A stretch of 56,411 nucleotides of DNA, filler included, from Sphacelaria rigidula (Eukaryota), in the NCBI GenBank assembly GCA_964200075.2. It is 3 parts of 3 records of this genome, joined end to end, with 100 filler letters (N's around TTAATTAATTAA, not from the genome) between each part and the next. Parts side by side here need not be neighbours in the genome. Positions count along the whole stretch, not along the records: positions 1 to 18,741 come from CAXNAA020000802.1; 2 more parts are not named here. The stretch is one strand, 5' to 3'. Shown here piece after piece: positions 1 through 12,700 of this stretch. Each line of letters begins with the position of its first letter. Positions within the stretch are counted from its first letter, which is position 1. The position numbers and the translations under genes were made by a program. Under the pieces are notes generated by a model. It saw nothing but the letters and a program-made list of their open reading frames with translations. It did no database searches and was not told where the DNA came from.

Positions 1-704
1 ACTTTTTCCTCCCTTTCGGGCAATCAGGCAGAAGCAATCGTGAATTTGGTGATCTTGAGTCGTGATGATTTGTCCTGACCGTGGAAGGTTTTCGACCTGG
101 ACGCTGCACACTCGATCCCTTCTCTCGAAATAGTTATAATAGGTCTATGCTTTATGCAATACACTTCTCGTCTGTTGCACCCATTGACCATAAATTGTCC
201 AGGTTATCGAAAATACGGAACTCCGCGAAAAACACGAGAAACGGCATCATCCCCACAAATGTTGTCGATCTTTGTGTGAAGGAGATCCTCGAAAACATTC
301 GGTTGTCTATTACAAGTGATACACAAAAGACTCCAGTGACGGAATGTTTTCTTCGCAGAATCGGGTTCCGTTGTCAAGTTCATGTATATTATGTAATATC
401 CTTTTTCCTCTTTTTTTTTCTTTACCGGCAGAGCGCGCATCACCACGTTGATCTGTAGTTTCATAGCGATATGCTCAAATCGGGCTGATATGAGAAACTC
501 GACAAGTTGACGTGTGATGTGCGTTTGTACGTTTCACGGCTGGCCCAGCTAGTAGGCCCTGGACAATAAAATTATAAATACCGGTATGTCAAAGCTGTAA
601 CGGTAACCCCGCGAGGAGAACGAGAAAAGATATCGATGACACCGAGGATCGGGTCATGAAACGAAGAAGCACACAAGGAGGAACGAATCGATCATTCAAC
701 CAAC

Positions 705-3700
705 CTCCCGCACGAAGATCATGCGCCCCTTGAGTTCCGAGTTGTTCAACTGCTCGATGGCCTGGGCCGCCTGCTCGGGATTGGCGAACTCTACAATGCC
801 ACAACCGCGCGAGCGCCCACCCTGGTCTGTCATGACGTCAGCCCTCACCCCTTCGCCCCCGTTCGCTCGCATGTGGTCTTTCAAATCCTGTTATGGGTTG
901 GGGTTTGGGGGTCGGACAAGGGTGGGGGAGGGGAATGGGGGGGGGGGGCGGCAGGAGTCATTTCTTCATGGCGAACTAAACATGAAGACAGCACCGAGGT
1001 TTTGGACACAATCGGATCACAACAACAGCAATCGCAACAGGGGAGAAGCAGAAGGAGCTTCGTCCTGGGTGCTCCCTCGTAGGTGCTTGGAATTCTGAAC
1101 CATGAACGCGCCCACGTCGAGATAGAGAAAAAAAAAAGCCCACGAGAGAAACCTTGTTTTTTCTTTTCCTCGCGTGGGACGATTTATTTCGTCAGTATTG
1201 GTCAAGAGTACATCATAGAAACGAGATTGAGCTAAACTGCAGCGCAATGCAATGCAGGCGTTGTAGGAAAAACAACGGTGACTCAACATCAGCAAAAAAT
1301 CCGATTCGCGGCATCTTTCAGATTCCAACACGGGTAATGACGTCAACCCAAAGTCACATGGCTGTTTCCCCAAGGCTCACCGACAGTACCAAGAGCAAGG
1401 CAACTTGTCAGCAACCGATATCAACGTAATCGGGTGGACTCTATCGTGTGGTATACTCTACACGGTGGCGTACATGATGCGGAGACAAACCTGCCACGCC
1501 ACATCCCACGCCAAGTTCCCCACGTATACGCGAGCGTTTTGGTTACCGCTCCCGCGGGGTCCGCCTCCCCCAGACATCTGGCCGGAAGCATTGCGATGCT
1601 GATTGCCACCACTGCCCCCGCCACCTCCCCCTCCGCCACCACCTTCATCGGAACAAAATGACCAGAGACAAGATTAGGACGGAAAGACGACTGTTTTCGT
1701 GTAATCATGCCGAGGCGACCAGGTCCACGGAACCGCACGGATCCCCCGCTTCGTCGCGTCGATCCAGCATCCCCAGGGGTGACTGTGAGTGCACAGAGAA
1801 TATCTTCTCAACCCAGATGTCCATCACGGAATCTACAATCGCACAGCAGATTGTGCACAACCTCGCTTCCCACCGGAAGCTCGGATGAATTTCTCCACCC
1901 AGATTCGAACTGACGTCCAAGGCGACGGTACTCTCGGTAGTGAACTCAAATTCGAGTGCGAATAAAACCCGGGATATCCCACGCGAATAATCCAAGCAAC
2001 CTCACCGTTGCCTTCTCTTTTCTTCGCGATCTCCGTCCCGATGTCCCAGCCTTGGTCCGACTACCGCGGCACGTATTATACATTTGGGAATAAATATCAA
2101 CGAATAAATAAAAAAAGCCATTCCACTTACCCGCAGCCTCACGGTCTTCTCGAACAAATATCAGTCGACCCTTGAGCTCCGTATCTAGCAGGGTGGTAAT
2201 AGCTGTCTGGGCCTCCATCGGGGTCCTGTACTCGACGATCCCGCAGCCCTTGGACCGACCGGACGCATCCCGCATGACGTCCGCCCGGACCACCTTTCGG
2301 AAAAAAAAGTCCGTAGTTGGCGTGTGTCCACGCGGAACAAGGGAGGCCGCCAAATAGTTCAAGGAGGGTCAACGCCGAACTCAAGTTTGGTGAAGTGGTC
2401 ACTGTACACACTACTAGGGGCCACTATCGTATTTTGACTCCGCCAGCCTTGGAGAATAGTGGCAGATCGAACCTTCCAAGGGGGGAGATAGTGAGGAGGG
2501 GTATCGCCATATCCCCCTTCCCGAATGAATGCGGCTCATTTGAGAAGTTACCATGGCTGGGAAAAAGCAAAACCTACATTCGTTAAAAAAGACAGCTCTG
2601 GCATACTGAGCGCCTGAGAAATCCCACGCTTGAAGCATTTTCGCTCATGTCGCCCATGTGAAGTGCTTCATGCCGTCCGACACTAGCCCTCATGCACTAT
2701 TTGGCTATTTTCTTCGTGGCATTTATGGGGGGCTTGTGTGGGGAGAGGCGGCACCACTCTGATGACGTTTCAGGCATGTGCTGTGCCGACAGCAAACACA
2801 CATTTTGACGCTCAAACTACACGCGAGGGCATATCACGTAGATTCCCGAAACATTATTTTGAAACATTATTCTCGCGTGTACGACCGCGGTAGAAAATAA
2901 CAGGGAGAGCCTTGCACGTGAGAAAAAACGTGGGTGAACACGGGGCCAAACACTACGGAAGCGCGGTAAGGACGACAAGCGAACGGTGGACACATCTGCG
3001 ACCACCAACGTTGAACACCGAACCATCTATACAGCATAAGCCCTGTTTCTTAAAAACTCCAAACGTCGGGTTACTGTCGAGGGCCTTTGCCCGAGATGAA
3101 TTCCACACGCTGGATCATGATGACAAATTGCAGTGTCAAAAAGCGATACTACGTACTTCATGGAATATTTCGTCCATCGCAATGGACGCAATATTCGAAA
3201 CTCTACGAAGATCACTTCTTTGGCAACGCAAATAAATATCGTCATCATCCAGCATGTGATATATTGAGCCTCGTTACCGCCGAAGTACGTATGTGTGAAC
3301 TCGTTGATTGGGTCATGATTTTAGGTCATGTTCTGCATGGTACTCCCGCTGAAATTATGGAATTTACAGATCCACAGTACGTCGAGTGTAAAAACCGGTC
3401 GCCCCGGTGGCTCCGGTGGCAACCTCGAATACTTCTGACGGTTGAATCGTGGGTTCGAATCTCGGTGGAGACACACGACCTGAAATTCTTCTCACACCAT
3501 GCCCAACAGCCGGTGGAGAGCGATCATGTCGTGGGTAAATGAAAATTCGACGTCACGTTTTACAAGAGAAAGAGACCGCTAGACCCCTCTCGCGATAAAA
3601 ATGAAGGCATGTACCGCAGAAGGGGTGTGGAGTACTGAAACAAGATAAGGAACAACTCCTGCGTAAGTTTTTCTCCCGTGTGACATCGGCTGATGCGCCC

Positions 3701-6700
3701 ACATACAACGAAAGGCGTGGACTGACGACCAATATAGATCGGATGACGAGACAAACATATGCAAGAGGTACTCCATGGCGAAATGCCCTTCCGGACTATA
3801 CTTGAGTGTTCGGAACAATGCTCGATAACGTGCCGAACCATCCTAGAATGCTCGACAAACATATCGGTACCTTTCCTCTTGTTTTTGCATTCACATTAAA
3901 AAACTGTTCCGATATCTGCACAGTACTCCGTACTGGTCCGAGTATGCACACCAAAAATCCCCCACTACCGGGTTATAAGTATTAAATACAACCTACACAA
4001 CACAGCCTCGGTATCACTAGTTTGTTACTCCTTCTCTGCTGCGACATTTTGACTTCACTGAGGTGGCGAGGTTTGAGAGTTGGGCGAGGATCACATGAAA
4101 AACGCTCATCCTGTGCCGTTTTCTTGGACTTCATTTCGGCGGTGATTCTCCGTCAAAACTTTGCAAAGCTTGCCGTCGCCCGAGAATGCCAGTTTCGCCA
4201 ATCTGTTCCTGTTCACCATTAAAAAGTTGGTTTCTCGGGGTTTCATCTGAGACCGTAACACTGCGCAAATTTGTCAAGTCGGCAATTTCTTCACTCGTGA
4301 AAAACCCAACGAATGATGCCCCACCCTGCAGGTCAAGGGGGTAACTCGTTAACTGCAAGTGTGGGTCATCTGACTGTCATCGTCAATTTTCGAGAGGAAA
4401 TGGTGCCGATTCAAGGAGGGATTTCCCCTGGTGTTGCAACAGCGAACTCTGTTTTGATTAATATTTCTGATGACTGCAAGGGAGCACAAACATTGGGATA
4501 CAATAATAAGATCACGACATGAAAATACGTGGACTCAATATCGACTCTTTCGCAACAGAATCGTGAAAAATATTCAGGACCCGCAGCCGTGTGTTACGGG
4601 CATCCGCCCGCTTGCAGTGAGGCAAGGTGTCCGAGGATGACCGTAGTGTAGGCGGTCAATGGCCGCTAGTGAGACGGGTGAGCAGTGGGAGAAATTGCTG
4701 TTCTTAGAGAGCGCCATATTGTTATCCATACTCTTCCAGTAACCTCGCACGGTTGAGCGGGCGGGATTGTGGCTCTTTTTAATCCATGAATCAGAAGTTT
4801 GAAACGTAAAAGTCGACCGCGTTTACCCTCTCTTCTATAACTCCCAATGCCTCGAGCTCCGCGCTCGAGTGAAAAGGGTTCAAGACAGGAACGCCCACCG
4901 CTACGGTTCAACGTGCGTTACTTGTGTGTGTTAACTTTCGTGTTTTCCTGCTGAGTACGCTGTCAAGGTTGTGCGAGTTTTCATAGGATATCCACAAACC
5001 TTACGCACCAAGTATGTATCCTACTGAATCAGACTGTAGTAGCAAGCGCCGCCTTCAGTATGTACACCTCCACAAAACTCGCCTCCTCCTTCAGCTAACC
5101 CGTAACTGTGCGAGTCATCGCACACGCCCTGGACCGAATTTCAAAGCTCGATTACTTCATGACGAAGAGGGGGTCAATACCAAACGACGCGTTTTAGGAC
5201 AGCTATCGACGAAATCTTTTCAGCGTTACCCTTTTCGGAACTGATGCTCTTCTTGTTGTGGAGAAATCGAGCTTTGTAGTTAGGTCCAGGGGTGTGCGAT
5301 GACTCGCACAATCACGGTATTCAGCGACACCTGTACATGCTAATATTGTGGACGTACTACCGTTGGCGCCAACGCGGTCACCTTGTTTTGCCTAAAATCC
5401 CACTACTGTAATGATGAGACCCACATCCTCACCATCAGGGATTCTTCCAAGATGAGAGCATATCACGGGAATGACGATGGGACAAGACGAACTTCCCTGT
5501 CCCATCTTTACGGGAAGTCCCTTCAGTAGACCGCGAAAATCGCGTTCAATTCACGGGGAAATGAAGGTATCTCGAGGGTATACTCAGATGCTGGCCAGGG
5601 ACATTTCATAGATCTTACAGAAAAGGACCAAGTGTGCAGTGTTCTTTGTCTGCTGGTACGCGAACGCACTGATTGCACAAAATTATGGCCTCAGCGCAAA
5701 CATTTACCGTGAAACAGAGCGGGGCGGACATTCCCGTCCTGTCATATTTTTCATTGGAAAGCGTTCTTCTTCCGTCCCGTTCTCCCGTGAAATACCCCGC
5801 TGACGATCCACAAATCTCAATACACACATGGTTGGACGAAACCCACTTGCATGGAGCACGAGGCGAGGCAGTGGAGCAACTCTTCAAATTTCATGCAGAG
5901 CAGGGACGAAAGATCCCGAGTGGGGTACACGGGTAACGTCGGCCGCGGTGTACACCATGCCTCAGCACTTGATCAGGCAGCCATTAGAGCGGCCCTCAGA
6001 CTCAGCGTACTGACAAATTTCCTTGAGCTGCCTGATCAAGTGCTGGGGCATAGCGTATACCGCGGCCGACGTTACTCGTAACCCACTCTAGTGTTTCGTC
6101 CCCACATACTTGGAGACCGAAGAGCTGCTCCAGCACATCGCTTCGTGCGAGGCCACGAGAGTTTCGTCTGACCATCTGTGTTTGGATAGTTATGGATCGT
6201 CAGCAGGGCATCTGACGGAAAACGGGACGGGAAATAGGTCAGAGAGCTAGCTGCCTCCAACGGCTGTGCTGCTGTGTAGGCCATGGTGTAGCAACATAAC
6301 ATCAAGAAAAAAAAGTGACATGCGGGTGGCTCGTAGGCGGCTTCTCTACACATGAGCGCTCTGACTTGTCGCAAATATATTCTCAACCGGCCCGCATGGT
6401 ACTGCTACATGTGTAGCGTAGGTGATGTGACCTCGCCGTGAAATTCCATGTTCGAACATGCTTTAATTCACTGTGCATCGTGTTTGCTCGGGATCGTTCA
6501 AGAGCTCCAGGTATAGCAGGCGCCAGTCAGCGCGCAGGACGCGTACGTGCTCGGTGGGGCAGTCACGGCGTCGATTGGAGTCCTGTTGACATTCGCTTCG
6601 CGTGAGGCGCACGTTGAACCATCTTTGCCGGAAGGTTTCCGGCACGCCCTAGATTAGTTCCAGGGATGATATTAGGGTCAAGAGCTTCGACATAAGTAAG

Positions 6701-9700
6701 GAGCAGGAACACCGGTTGCCCCGGTGGCTCAGTTGGTAACCTTGAAACCAACTAACCGTTGAGACGTAGGTTCGAATCTTGGTGAAGTTGCACATTGTGG
6801 AATTTTTCCACAAGTGCTGCCCAACTACTGTGGAGAGCGACCATGTTGCGGGCACAGAACATTACATGTGATTTCCACGGTCGATGAAGGAAAGGTTCGA
6901 ATCTTGATGAAGTTGCACCATGTGGGATTTATTTTTTTCAAGTACAGCCCAGCACTGTAGAGCGACCGTGTTGTGGGCACAGGACACAGCATGTGATTTC
7001 CACGGTTGACGAAGCAAAGTAAACGCTGAAGCCCTCTCGCGATAAAAGATGATGTGATCACCCGTAAAAGCTAGTTCTATGTTGACCTTCGTCTTGTGTG
7101 ACCCCGCCTAGTACGCCCACATATACCTAAAGGTCGAGACTGGCGTACAGAAAAGATGGGATGGCACACTGATGAACACACACACATGCGTTCACCATGG
7201 AAGTTGAGGACCAAACCACGCAAACGAGTCTCGTTTTTTCGCCATAGTCATACCGCTGTGCCACAAGTCAAAAACCTGTTGAACGTACGACTTCCAACAC
7301 ATAGGGGCAGTTGGAGTCATCTTTGCACGACAGTCACTGCACCAGCCTAGCGAGTTTTCTGTGCATTTTGTACAAAGCAGCAAACATGCCGCTACCCTTG
7401 GCGACGGGTGTCAAGCTGTCGCATCGTTCACGGCCCAATCAAATGCATCTCATAATCATAACTGTTTCTTGTTCGCAGCGCAGTGGCATGAACTCCTCCT
7501 CAACGAGGCGTACGTTACCAATAATCTCCATCGCCATCATCATGGATGTAGAGTTCGCATGGTGAAACGTGGAGAAACGGGACAAGGAAAAGTTATATAC
7601 AAACTTCGGTCGCGTCTTGCATCACGAGGAAAACCGGTTGAAAAAAAAAACTATATTTGTGCACAACCTCACGATCAACATTGTGACCTAACCGGCGTAT
7701 CTCGTCGAAATCGCTAGTGATCAACACATTGTTCATCACGACCGCACAGTAATCGAATTCCACAAAGATAAGCCTCAGGCCGGATGTTATGGCAAATAGA
7801 TTCTTGGCCAACGGATTGTTCACTTTCGGGACGTTTAACCCACCTTTCGACCCCTAAACCAAGAAAGCCGCCGACACGTCTCGGACACTTTGCATCACCC
7901 CACAGAGAGGAGCCTACTCTGCTTCTCGGATTCGCTTCGCTTCGAAGTTTCGAGGTTGGCCACTGAACCAGAATTCGTGCGCAAAAATCTGTACTTGCCG
8001 ACCCCCGCCAGTTTGGGAGTCAAGCGAATCTGAGAAGCAGACGAGGCTCCTCTTTGTGGGGTGATGCAAAGTGTCCGAGACGTGTGTTGGCAGTTTTCTT
8101 GGGTCGGGGGTCAAAAGGTGGGTTACAAGTCCCAAAAGACGACAATCCATTGGCCAAAAATCTGTCTGCCGTAACATCCGGCCTCATACCAGAAATCCCA
8201 ACGGGGTGGATAATGTCAGACAACTTCGTTCGGATGCCTTCCTTCGCCACGTGAAGCCATCATATCCCGTTTTCCATGTGCGGCATAGCCTAGCCGCCGA
8301 CTAAACAAGCCTCCGACAAGCTCGAGGGTACTGTCACTAGTACAAGTGCGACAGACTGCGTATGGGAGCCGCGCGCCATGTACGGTCGAGAGACCTGCTA
8401 TCAACATGGAATTCTCTTCCAGTAAATTTTTATACTCTTCATACTCTTGAAAGCATGTTCTTCGAGAGGACTTTTGTGGCAAAAGCTTCGCCACGACTCC
8501 ACGCACCCCTACACCACCTCCCCGCTGTCCCGAACAATAATGAACCGTGACACGTCCACTACTCCCGTACCTAGTCATTCTTCACCCCGTTTTTGGTGAA
8601 GAGGAGGGGTGGTTGTCCCCTTCCTTCAAGTTATGTTCATTGCTAGAACTCATGATGTCCCCGACGTAAGTTTTGGTCGCGCGATTGTTGATTCGGGATA
8701 CAACCGAGGTTTGAGGTGTACCACCGTCAGTTGGTGAGCGCTGCACCGCATCCCCGGGGTTGGAGGGTCGATACAGCGAGCACACGTGACGACAGACTCA
8801 AATAGGGCAAGCGCAGAGTGTATTCATCCATCTCCAACTGCTCTCGCGGTAGAGCCTTCAGTGATTTCCGTTCACTCTTGTGATCAAGAAATGACTACAG
8901 AGTTCGACAAATTGAGATTCGCGACCTCGCGGGCACGTGGTCTCTCGCAAGTCTTCAACAGCGGAGAGACGGACTTGCAAAAAATCGATCGGAATCTTGC
9001 GTCCACACCAAAAAATACGATGCGATGAGCATGAACCTGTCTGTTGCTTAGGGTTCGGGCGAATTCGACGACCTTCAGCATGCTGTACTGCACCCCAGGA
9101 ATTGGGGGAGCAGATGCAGCATCTACACCGGACGGTAGACTCACATTTGGGACAAGCGCGCAAGAGATCATCTATCTCCGACTCTTCGTGCGGCAGAGCC
9201 CGCGATGTTTCCTGTTCCCTCTCACGATCAAGAAGTGATGACCAAGACCAATGATTGAGATTCACGACCTTACAGACGGCTGGTATCGCAAATCTTGCGC
9301 CACAGCAGAGAGACGGGCTTGCACGAAATCGCTCAACATGTAACTGTTGCGTAGGATTTGCGTGCATTCAGCCAACCCCACCGTCCCAGCGATAACACAT
9401 ACCAGTAAGCTGCTAACAAGGATCAACGGCGCTGCGCTCTACAGGACCCAAGCGGGGTCATGACACAACACAGCTGTGGCTGCATACACGCCGACGACTT
9501 CGTGTGACAAGCTGGTCGGAGGTTGATGCAAGACACATGGACACCCAACACGATGGCACACCATCAATCACTCACGATTAGTTCTGTCTGGCCCTGCGGC
9601 GTCAGCTGGAGAGGAACCTAGTCTGGCTCTCCGTCCGTTAGTTTTGGGGCGTTGTCCGTACGCCATTTCCCAAGGTAAAGTAGAAATGGGACCGCGACCA

Positions 9701-12700
9701 GCTTCATGGAAAACTTCAGAAGGGCGACAGCGGTGGAGCTGCGACTACAGGTTGCATTACATGCAGCATCGGTCGGTTGTGAAATTTTAAAGGCTGACAT
9801 TAGACGTTTGTACGACGGCAAGTAACGGTCATCGGACCTGGTGCATAACCGAGTTCTCACCTAATTCGTGGCTAAACATACAGTAGCACCTGTTGAGCGG
9901 GAAACATGCCTTATTTTGAGAAGAGACCGACCTGACGGTCGGGCGGATCGTCAGCCCTTGACTTTGGTCTGCTGGTTGCAACCAGCGCCGAGTGAGGGTG
10001 AAAAAGACAATTTTTCACCAGGCATCGCATTCCGCAAATCGCGCTCGTTCAGACTCTTCCAACTTTACTTGTCTTATCGGGGGTTTGTGGCGGTTTGCCC
10101 CTTCTATTCGAGTAAGTGCTATGCTCATCGGGTATTCGAGGCAACAACAACTTAACCTCTACTCAACAGTCATGTGGGCCCACCCAACAAAGGAAAAGTG
10201 ACACGGTCAAGAGGACGAGTGGAAATGGTGCTTCGGTCACGGTACAACGAGGACTCACTCATATTGCTCAAGGGAGAGACATGATACATGGACACGCCCA
10301 CGACCAGTCTTCTGTCCTGGTCATGTGTCATCACCCACATCATCCAACCATTCCAACTGCGCGACCGCTATGATTCATCTGACGCCCGACATAGCCTACT
10401 CTCTTGATTCGGGGTAAACGGTCGCGAGGCCACTGTAAAGCACTGCTTTGGTCATCCTCTACATTTGACACGAATATGATATTGCGTCAACAGTGGCAAG
10501 GGTACGGTGAAATGCTGGGCAGGTTGTGGCGGTCTTTTGAGGAAAACTGGGAACGTAGCGGCAATGAAGAAGAGCGGGGGGGGGGGGGGGGGGGAGAACG
10601 GCGGGAGCGGGAGATGACCGATACACTCGAATGCTCGTCGCGGAGCCGCCCGTCGCGATCGAAGGACTACACAGAAAACGCCATACTGCTTGCATGGTAA
10701 CAACAATTCCATTCTAGGAAGAAAGAAAAAATCCACTCATGCACGAGAGGCGCAACCGAAGCTGTACTCTCGGGCCCTGAACAATTATACTAGAAATTCA
10801 GTACAGAACAACGCAATTTTGAGGGGACTTCAGGCCAGCAAGCTGTCGATAAAAATTCAAGATCGGGAAAAAAAACGCAGATCAACCTCCAGGTTGCGTA
10901 CCCCCAATATGCTGTCACCCGACATCCGGGGCGCGAGTGGGGACACGCTTCTGTTCATCGAGCACTCCATCTTTTAAATGTTCCCCATCGCCGAGGGTCC
11001 GTCAACAAAAGGTCTGCTCACGATTCGGGTGGAGTCAAAAGCTCTTCAATACAGCAGTCTCGTCTGTTTCAGTCCTGAGCGCTCACGAGCAAGTTTTTGC
11101 TACCCGGCGGGTATAATCGAGAGTCATACTCGTAACCCTGGCATGAGTTACGAGTTCAGTTATCGGGCTAGCTCCCCAACTGTCCCGAAAGGTGTTTGGC
11201 GTTCTCGGGGGAGGGGGGGTACACATGAACCATATTATGTCGCTTCAAAGCAGCTCGAAAAGCAGCGGCTTCTCGCGGAGACCGTTCGTACACAGGGTAG
11301 AGATCGACAGCGACAGGGGCCACACCGACCAAAAATCTGCAACTTCAATAGAACCAGCTTTTGTGTACACGAGAAGGCCATATCTCCAGGCCTCACAGCT
11401 GCATACACTGAACTTGATGTGAACAGTTTTGTAACGCAAAACGAACCAAAGGACTTGAAGGTCAGAAATTCCCCAGAGCAATGGGGAAAGATGTCACAGC
11501 AGTCTCTTTTCTCGTTATGATCTGGACGGGGATTCCGGTGGGGGAGAGATAAGGGGGGGGGGGGTTCAGTTCAAACACAGCGAGTCGATCTATTTCGAGC
11601 ACGGTCTTTCATTCTTGTACGATGGAAAAGTTCCGCACGCTTCATTGGGGTTCGGGGTGTTCCAACCCGGCTCAGAGTCCCGGTTTTTTCATCGGTCCAC
11701 GCACAGCGATTGATATGGGAGGTGAAAGACGCGGGAAAAGAAGACTCCCTGTATCACGCACGCATCACTAAACGCAGCACGTGGTCGAACGCTCTACTGA
11801 CATTCCAGGGCGGCAGTGTTTCCGTCGATGGAAGTTTGCAAGCAGACGCAAACCACAACCTGAACCGCAGTGCGTTGACATTGTGCTCGTTACTCTTTGC
11901 CATTTTCACGTTTTTTCATAAGATGCGACTGGAAAATTGGCGGCCCGATTACACGAGGGGGCGTCAATGGATAACTGGTGCGTCCAGGCGTGCTCGACAT
12001 CGAGCACCTGTCATGAGGATGACTGTCTTTTCGGAGCGGGTGGCTGATGGGGAGTTGTGCGGTACACTGTTCTTGTCATCAACCAGATTTAGATACAATC
12101 TCTTCATGTGAAGATGCAATACCTGGGGAACAGACGTCGTTGCGCCCAGCGCACAGGTGGATTGAACCACAGATGCTTGTAATTGTAACACTGGATTATA
12201 GATTCTCAACTCCATCATATTGGGAGCACCGGCAAGTAAGGGGTACCAGCACAGCGGGCACTTTCTGCGCCTTCTGTTGTTGTGGCTGAAAATTATTCTT
12301 CGGATGTAGCTTCACAGGCGTGAGGGAAAAGGCTGTCCACAAATCAGCCCGAGAAAAAAAGAGGGGGGCGAAATGATGATGCGCATAGCTCACATTCGCC
12401 CCCATTTCCGGGATTAAAAAAAAAAGAGTATGCTGGTAATATCTGATATTGCGGGCGGACACGATTATTTGCGGGTTCCAGAGCTACATACGATAGCCAT
12501 GTCTCGCGCACGAGTTGGGGTCATTCCGAGAGGTCGTATTGCAAAGCAAAGATGCTAGTGGGGGTAAGGGGGTGTCATGATGTCACCCTTACCGAAGGTG
12601 CCGGTTAAGAGCGCACCTTTTCGTTTGGTGACGAGTTACAGGTCAAGTTTGTGAAGGACAAATTACTTCAAGAATGGGCAAAGTCATGTGACATAGTCAT

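Noticed and set aside
8332-8552. Solo LTR (tgtcac...gtgaca)
   Set aside because: Flanks (ggtac / cgtcc) are not a clear target-site duplication and there is no second copy.
10978-11520. 180-aa ORF antisense within the RRM gene intron
   Set aside because: No recognisable domain or coding composition; plausible by chance.
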